Source: Paraphysomonas bandaiensis (lineage: Eukaryota; Protista; Chrysophyceae). From it: a DNA stretch of 11,215 nt. A model generated the notes under the pieces. That model ran no database searches. It was not told the origin of the DNA and saw nothing but the letters and a program-made list of their open reading frames with translations. Position numbers and translations under genes: made by a program. The stretch covers positions 1 through 11,215 of the forward strand of contig CBFFRP010000652.1 in NCBI GenBank assembly GCA_965644295.1, in the 5' to 3' direction. Shown piece after piece: positions 1 to 9,300 of this stretch. Position 1 is the stretch's first letter. Each line of letters begins with the position of its first letter.

Positions 1-384
1 AACAGATGATGGTGCGCCGGTAGGTGTGCTCGTTGGTATACCTGTTGGTACCGACGTCGGACCAGCTGTTGGAAGAGATGTGGGAGACGCAGTTGGAACG
101 CTAGATGGAACTGATGTGGGGAAACCACTTGGACGTGACGTTGGAAGAGACGACGGAGATGAAGATGGATAAGACGTCGGTAAACCAGTAGGTAAACTGG
201 ATGGAAGAGCAGACGGAATCGAAGTTGGGGTACTTGTTGGAAGACTTGTTGGTACACCAGTTGGGGATGATGTCGGAACTAATGTTGGGACCGCTGTAGG
301 TGCTGATGTCGGAATTGATGTTGGAAATCCAGTGGGGACTACAGACGGTACTGAACTTGGTACACTGGTTGGGAATGACGTCGT
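1..384 (-). repeat. P-[T/S]-x-x tetrapeptide linker (12-bp period), 128 aa visible, truncated by window edge
   Basis: Plus-strand NGG (Pro codon complement) recurs every 12 nt. Resembles the Pfam PT repeat (PF04886, XPTX tetrapeptide). Confidence 0.9.
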
Positions 385-3300
385 ATCGTCGGCACATACA
401 CCATCGACAGATCCATATGGACCAGGATGACAATCACCATTCACTATAGTAAACAACAACTGATCCTGTGCGCCACCAGACACACCGCAGAACTCCCAAG
501 TTACATCACCACTATCATCATCACATACACCTGTAGCACGGAAAACATATTCACCATCCTCCAAACATGAACCACATACTTCAATACTACCATTACCACC
601 CCCGCAAAAAGGCTCCGCATATGAGTGAAGAGTAGTCCTCGTGGAGTCCGTGATGTACCAAGCAGATTGAATGTAGTCAGGCAGAGAAACATTACCATAG
701 CTACCTTCACTCTCGGAACCAGTATGTAACACGCTATCAAGGAAATCGTTAAAGGTTATACCCCCACCACTCAAATCGTTACACCCTTCACATGCCTCAG
801 GGTATGACCATAGATTCTCCCACCATACCAAATCATATGTCTCCTCCGCGCGAGAATACTCAAAAGTCATACTCGTGTTGAATCCGCCATAATACTTATC
901 CATATACACACCGTCCTCAACTATCTGAACTGTCCAATGGATCTCCCATGGATAGGCCGGTACGTATGAATCACCGTTATCATCAACAGCATCCACTGTC
1001 ATATGATATAGCTGATCGATGTTCAAATCTGAAGGATAAATACAACCCGCTATAACCTCACAGTCACAATCCAATGTGAATTCTGTCAATGCACTATCCT
1101 CATCTCGGATTTGAACCCAATAACTGAAATTTGCTCCTGACCAACCGTCACCGAACTGGTCAAGCAAGGTTACAAAAAGACAAGTACCATTGACCGTATT
1201 ATTGACTATGGGATTGACTACATGATCCGTATACAGAGTACATTCGTCATAACACATCATATCATGATCAGGATTGGGGGTACCAAGCTCAGTTGGAACA
1301 GATGTAGGCTGACCACTTGGAACCCCTGTTGGAACGGCTGTCGGTGCAGATGTCGGTACAGAGGTAGGAACTGAAGTTGGAGACGATGTCGGAACAGAAG
1401 TAGGAACACCTGTTGGCAATGATGTCGGAACAGAGGTCGGGAACGCTGTTGGTAGTGATGTTGGGGAGGAAGATGGTATCGATGTCGGCACAGCAGATGG
1501 CACTGACGTTGGTGCACTTGATGGAACACTTGTAGGAGACGATGTTGGAACAGCTGTTGGTATTGATGTTGGCCTTCCTGTTGGTGTACTGCTAGGCTCG
1601 CCACTTGGAATGGAAGAAGGTTGCCCGCTGGGTTCCGACGACGGCAAACCCGTTGGCACACTGGTTGGAGATGACGTCGGAGTACCTGATGGTTGGGACG
1701 TAGGTTGTCCAGTAGGCTCAGATGTAGGAGATGATGTTGGAATAGACGTCGGTATCGCAGATGGAACCGATGTTGGAACAGATGATGGTGCGCCGGTAGG
1801 TGTGCTCGTTGGTATACCTGTTGGTACCGACGTCGGACCAGCTGTTGGAAGAGATGTGGGAGACGCAGTTGGAACGCTAGATGGAACTGATGTGGGGAAA
1901 CCACTTGGACGTGACGTTGGAAGAGACGACGGAGATGAAGATGGATAAGACGTCGGTAAACCAGTAGGTAAACTGGATGGAAGAGCAGACGGAATCGAAG
2001 TTGGGGTACTTGTTGGAAGACTTGTTGGTACACCAGTTGGGGATGATGTCGGAACTGATGTTGGGACCGCTGTAGGTGCTGATGTCGGAATTGATGTTGG
2101 AAATCCAGTGGGGACTACAGACGGTACTGAACTTGGTACACTGGTTGGGAATGACGTCGTATCGTCGGCACATACACCATCGACAGATCCATATGGACCA
2201 GGATGACAATCACCATTCACTATAGTAAACAACAACTGGTCCTGTGCGCCACCAGACACACCGCAGAACTCCCAAGTTACATCACCACTATCATCATCAC
2301 ATACACCTGTAGCACGGAAAACATATTCACCATCCTCCAAACATGAACCACATACTTCAATACTACCATTACCACCCCCGCAAAAAGGCTCCGCATATGA
2401 GTGAAGAGTAGTCCTCGTGGAGTCCGTGATGTACCAAGCAGATTGAATGTAGTCAGGCAGAGAAACATTACCATAGCTACCTTCACTCTCGGAACCAGTA
2501 TGTAACACGCTATCAAGGAAATCGTTAAAGGTTATACCCCCACCACTCAAATCGTTACACCCTTCACATGCCTCAGGGTATGACCATAGATTCTCCCACC
2601 ATACCAAATCATATGTCTCCTCCGCGCGAGAATACTCAAAAGTCATACTCGTGTTGAATCCGCCATAATACTTATCCATATACACACCGTCCTCAACTAT
2701 CTGAACTGTCCAATGGATCTCCCATGGATAGGCCGGTACGTATGAATCACCGTTATCATCAACAGCATCCACTGTCATATGATATAGCTGATCGATGTTC
2801 AAATCTGAAGGATAAATACAACCCGCTATAACCTCACAGTCACAATCCAATGTGAATTCTGTCAATGCACTATCCTCATCTCGGATTTGAACCCAATAAC
2901 TGAAATTTGCTCCTGACCAACCGTCACCGAACTGGTCAAGCAAGGTTACAAAAAGACAAGTACCATTGACCGTATTATTGACTATGGGATTGACTACATG
3001 ATCCGTATACAGAGTACATTCGTCATAACACATCATATCATGATCAGGATTGGGGGTACCAAGCTCAGTTGGAACAGATGTAGGCTGACCACTTGGAACC
3101 CCTGTTGGAACGGCTGTCGGTGCAGATGTCGGTACAGAGGTAGGAACTGAAGTTGGAGATGATGTCGGAACAGAAGTAGGAACACCTGTTGGCAATGATG
3201 TCGGAACAGAGGTCGGGAACGCTGTTGGTAGTGATGTTGGGGAGGAAGATGGTATCGATGTCGGCACAGCAGATGGCATTGACGTTGGTGCACTTGATGG

Positions 3301-6300
3301 AACACTTGTAGGAGACGATGTTGGAACAGCTGTTGGTATTGATGTTGGCCTTCCTGTTGGTGTACTGCTAGGCTCGCCACTTGGAATGGAAGAAGGTTGC
3401 CCGCTGGGTTCCGACGATGGCAAACCCGTTGGCACACTGGTTGGAGATGACGTCGGAGTACCTGATGGTTGGGACGTAGGTTGTCCAGTAGGCTCCAATG
3501 TAGGAGATGATGTTGGAATAGACGTCGGTATCGCAGATGGAACAGCTGTTGGTGTTGATGTTGGCCTTCCTGTTGGTGTACTGCTAGGCTCACCACTTGG
3601 AATGGAAGAAGGTTGTCCGCTGGGTTCCGACGATGGCAAACCCGTTGGCACACTGGTTGGAGATGACGTCGGAGTACCTGACGGTTCGGACGTAGGTTGT
3701 CCAGTAGGCTCAGATGTAGGAGATGATGTTGGAATAGACGTCGGTATCGCAGATGGAACAGCTGTTGGTATTGATGTTGGCCTTCCTGTTGGTGTACTGC
3801 TAGGCTCACCACTTGGAATGGAAGAAGGTTGCCCGCTGGGTTCCGACGACGGCAAACCCGTCGGTACACTGGTTGGAGATGACGTCGGAGTACCTGATGG
3901 TTGGGACGTAGGTTGTGCAGTAGGCTCAGATGTGGGAGAAGATGTAGGATCATTTGTAGGAATCGAAGATGGTGTCATGCTGGGCACTGATATCGGCGAA
4001 GCTGTGGGCACTGATGTCGGCATAGAAGTCGGTATCGTAGTGGGAATGTAAGAGGGACAACTGCTGGGTAAACTCGACGGAATTAAAGTTGGAGAAGCAG
4101 AAGGAATACTAGATGGGTTCGTTGACGGCATACTCGTGGGAAATGATGTAACGGCGTCGGAGCATACGTGTCCAATTGTTCCGTATGAGCCGGGATAACA
4201 TATACCATCTATGACAAAGATCTCGAATTCGGTCTGTGCTGATCCTATCTGCCCACAAAATTCCCACTCTACTTCATCACCGTCATCATCACACGCCCCA
4301 GTTGATCTGAAAACGTACTCTCCGTCAGGAAGACAGATATTACAACTACTACTATAACTTTCGTTGGAACCGCACAGCGGATCTGAAAAAGCGAACAATA
4401 TCTTGTGTGTGGAGTCACTTACGTACCACGACGACAAAAGATAGTCATTAGAGTCTGACATACCAAAGCTACCAGTACTACTTGAGCCTTCAACAACAAT
4501 CTCACCAATATAAGAATCAAAAGTAATTCCGTTGTCACTGAGTCCGTTACACCCCTCACATGCCTCAGGGTATGACCATAGGTTCTCCCACCATACCAAA
4601 TCATATGTCTCCTCCGCACGAGAATACTCAAAAGTCATACTCGTGTTGAATCCGCCATAATACTTATCCATATACACACCGTCCTCAACTATCTGAACTG
4701 TCCAATGGATCTCCCATGGATAGGCCGGTACGTATGAATCACCGTTATCATCAACAGCATCCACTGTCATATGATATAGCTGATCGATGTTTAAGTCTGA
4801 AGGATAAATACAACCCGCCATCGTTGTGCAGTTACAGTTCAGGCTATATACAACGGCTTGGGATTCTTCGCTGCGTATTTGAACCCAATAACTGAAATTT
4901 GCTCCAGGCCAACCGTCACCAAAGAGATCAAACATCGTCACATACAAACAAGAGGAATTAGTAACTTCTGACATCGTTGTACACTTATCGGAGCACAGAA
5001 TGTCGTCGCTCACATTCGGCGTGCCCAGCTCAGTTGGTACAGATGAAGGCAAACTACTCGGTTTTCCTGAAGGAGTAAATGTGGGTGCCGAAGTTGGAAT
5101 AGTGGTTGGAACAGAAGTAGGAACACAAGACGGGGCAGAACTTGGTTCACCACTTGGTACAGAGCTGGGATTGAAAGTCGGCATTGAAGTTGGAATCGCA
5201 GTTGGAGTAGATGTAGGAATCGAAGTAGGCACAGCACTGGGAACATAAGTCGGAATAGATGACGGTGAAGTTGTAGGAAGAGTAGTAGGAATTGAAGTGG
5301 GTATACCACTTGGTAAAGATGAGGGTATACTAGATGGAACACTGGTTGGAAAAGATGATGTACCACCATTACAGACTTGTTCTACAGGACCATATGCACC
5401 AGGATAGCAGACACCATCAATAATTATAAATTGTAACTCGTCCTGCTTGTCACCTGATACATCACAAAATTCCCACAACATGTTTTCTGGATCATGCGCA
5501 CCAGTCTGTCGGAAAATATAATCTCCATCCGGAAGGCATGACAAGCAGCTATCCGGAGCGTACATGTGGTCTACGCCACAGAAAGGTTTGCCATATGCTA
5601 CAACAGAGGTCAAGTCGGAAGCATTAGTAACATACCACGTGGTGCGAGTGTAATCCGAATTTCCCCCAGAACTAAAATCTTCAGCATCACCGTCATAGAT
5701 ACTTTTCACATAGTTGGCATAAGTAGCATATGTGCTGTTATCGTTCGACCCACAGGTGTCTACGCAATTCACGCAGGGTTCTGGCAGAACCCATAAATTC
5801 TGCCACCACAAAATGTCGTACGTATCTTCCATTCTGCTGTATTCGAACACCATGCTCGTGTTGTAACCACCGTAATACTTTTCCTGAAAAACACCATCAA
5901 CAACTATTTGAACAGTCCAAGTAATTTCCCAAAAATACTCCGGCACGATTGCATTTCCATTTTCATCAAATGCTTCAACAGTAAAATGGTACAACTGATC
6001 GATATTTATGTCTGAAGGACGCACACACCCCATCAGTTTCGAGCAGTTGCAGTTTACAGTTTCGCGAATTATGTTTGAGTCATCATCACGAACTTGTACC
6101 CAGTAAAACAAGCCGGCATCATCACCCCAACCATCACCAAATTGATCTGCAATTGTAACATAAAGACATGTCTCGTTACCAACAGGCTCATAATCACAGG
6201 TCAAGTTAGAAGTGATATTCACGGACGGCAAAGCTGTCGGAAGAAAAGATGGCACAGATGTTGGAGTAGATGTAGGAATCGAAGTAGGCACAGCACTGGG

Positions 6301-9300
6301 AACATAAGTCGGAATAGATGACGGTGAAGTTGTAGGAAGAGTAGTAGGAATTGAAGTGGGTATACCACTTGGTAAAGATGAGGGTATACTAGATGGAACA
6401 CTGGTTGGAAAAGATGACGTACCACCATTACAGACTTGTTCTACAGGACCATATGCACCAGGATAGCAGACACCATCAATAATTATAAATTGTAACTCGT
6501 CCTGCTTGTCACCTGATACATCACAAAATTCCCACAACATGTTTTCTGGATCATGCGCACCAGTCTGTCGGAAAATATAATCTCCATCCGGAAGGCATGA
6601 CAAGCAGCTATCCGGAGCGTACATGTGGTCTACGCCACAGAAAGGTTTGCCATATGCTACAACAGAGGTCAAGTCGGAAGCATTAGTAACATACCACGTG
6701 GTGCGAGTGTAATCCGAATTTCCCCCAGAACTAAAATCTTCAGCATCACCGTCATAGATACTTTTCACATAGTTGGCATAAGTAGCATATGTGCTGTTAT
6801 CGTTCGACCCACAGGTGTCTACGCAATTCACGCAGGGTTCTGGCAGAACCCATAAATTCTGCCACCACAAAATGTCGTACGTATCTTCCATTCTGCTGTA
6901 TTCGAACACCATGCTCGTGTTGTAACCACCGTAATACTTTTCCTGAAAAACACCATCAACAACTACTTGAACAGTCCAAGTAATTTCCCAAAAATACTCC
7001 GGCACGATTGCATTTCCATTTTCATCAAATGCTTCAACAGTAAAATGGTACAACTGATCGATATTTATGTCTGAAGGACGCACACACCCCATCAGTTTCG
7101 AGCAGTTGCAGTTTACAGTTTCGCGAATTATGTTTGAGTCATCATCACGAACTTGTACCCAGTAAAACAAGCCGGCATCATCACCCCAACCATCACCAAA
7201 TTGATCTGCAATTGTAACATAAAGACATGTCTCGTTACCAACAGGCTCATAATCACAGGTCAAGTTAGAAGTGATATTCACGGACGGCAAAGCTGTCGGA
7301 AGAAAAGATGGCACAGATGTTGGAGTAGATGTAGGAATCGAAGTAGGCACAGCACTGGGAACATAAGTCGGAATATAAGAAGGATTCGCCGAAGGTATAG
7401 TCGTCGGAAAACTGGATGGAACACTACTAGGAGAAGTACTAGGAACCCCAGTCGGTCCAAACGTAGGCAACGAAGAAGGCAACAGACTAGGTCGAGAAGA
7501 TGGTGGAGAACTAGGAAATGATGTTGGAGTAGCAGAAGGAATACTAGATGGGTTCGTTGACGGCATACTCGTGGGAAATGATGTAACGGCGTCGGAGCAT
7601 ACGTGTCCAATTGTTCCGTATGAGCCGGGATAACATATACCATCTATGACAAAGATCTCGAATTCGGTCTGTGCTGATCCTATCTGCCCACAAAATTCCC
7701 ACTCTACTTCATCACCGTCATCATCACACGCCCCAGTTGATCTGAAAACGTACTCTCCGTCAGGAAGACAGATATTACAACTACTACTATAACTTTCGTT
7801 GGAACCGCACAGCGGATCTGAAAAAGCGAACAATATCTTGTGTGTGGAGTCACTTACGTACCACGACGACAAAAGATAGTCATTAGAATCTAACATACCA
7901 AAGCTACCAGTACTACTTGAGCCTTCAACAATAATCTCACCAATATAAGAATCAAAAGTAATTCCGTTGTCACTGAGTCCGTTACACCCCTCACATGCCT
8001 CAGGGTATGACCATAGATTCTCCCACCATACCAAATCATATGTCTCCTCCGCGCGAGAATACTCAAAAGTCATACTCGTGTTGAATCCGCCATAATACTT
8101 ATCCATATACACACCGTCCTCAACTATCTGAACTGTCCAATGGATCTCCCATGGATAGGCCGGTACGTATGAATCACCGTTATCATCAACAGCATCCACT
8201 GTCATATGATATAGCTGATCGATGTTCAAATCTGAAGGATAAATACAACCCGCTATAACCTCACAGTCACAATCCAATGTGAATTCTGTCAATGCACTAT
8301 GCTCATCTCGGATTTGAACCCAATAACTGAAATTTGCTCCTGACCAACCGTCACCGAACTGGTCAAGCAAGGTTACAAAAAGACAAGTACCATTGACCGT
8401 ATTATTGACTATGGGATTGACTACATGATCCGTATACAGAGTACATTCGTCATAACACATCATATCATGATCAGGATTGGGGGTACCAAGCTCAGTTGGA
8501 ACAGATGTAGGCTGACCACTTGGAACCCCTGTTGGAACGGCTGTCGGTGCAGATGTCGGTACAGAGGTGGGAACTGAAGTTGGAGACGATGTCGGAACAG
8601 AAGTAGGAACACCTGTTGGCAATGATGTCGGAACAGAGGTCGGGAACGCTGTTGGTAGTGATGTTGGGGAGGAAGATGGTATCGATGTCGGCACAGCAGA
8701 TGGCATTGACGTTGGTGCACTTGATGGAACACTTGTAGGAGACGATGTTGGAACAGCTGTTGGTATTGATGTTGGCCTTCCTGTTGGTGTACTGCTAGGC
8801 TCGCCACTTGGAATGGAAGAAGGTTGCCCGCTGGGTTCCGACGACGGCAAACCCGTTGGCACACTGGTTGGAGATGACGTCGGAGTACCTGATGGTTGGG
8901 ACGTAGGTTGTCCAGTAGGCTCAGATGTAGGAGATGATGTTGGAATAGACGTCGGTATCGCAGATGGAACAGCTGTTGGTATTGATGTTGGCCTTCCTGT
9001 TGGTGCACTGCTAGGCTCACCACTTGGAATGGAAGAAGGTTGCCCGCTGGGTTCCGACGACGGCAAACCCGTTGGCACACTGGATGGAGATGACGTCGGA
9101 GAACCTGATGGTTGGGACGTAGGTTGTCCAGTAGGCTCAGATGTGGGAGATGATGTCGGTATAGGTGTTGGCAGTGAACTCGGAAGTGTTGTTGGTGTAG
9201 ACGAAGGCAAAGGCGTCGGAACAACAGAAGGGACTGCGGTGGGACATGAAGATGGCAGAGAGGATGGAAAAGTGGATGGTAGAGCAGACGGAATCGAAGT

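Larger units (their letters stand above)
1..3543. repeat. Tandem duplication, 1776-bp unit (592 codons: linker + module A)
   Basis: Sequence at position 1 (aacagatgatggtgcgccgg) recurs at 1777; identity continues to ~3543 with scattered SNPs. Confidence 0.95.
5201..7375. repeat. Tandem duplication, 1059-bp unit (353 codons: short linker + module C), two units plus 57 bp
   Basis: 5201-6259 matches 6260-7318, and the first 57 bp recur a third time at 7319-7375. Confidence 0.95.

Noticed and set aside
790-960. WxxW C-mannosylation / thrombospondin type-1 motif, and CxxCH heme-binding motif
   Set aside because: Trp spacing is WxxxW (WEIHW, WENLW), not WxxW, and none of the CxxC motifs is followed by His.
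4546-8487. Diversity-generating retroelement (template/variable repeat pair)
   Set aside because: Differences between copies are few, not restricted to adenines and often synonymous. No reverse transcriptase is present in the window.
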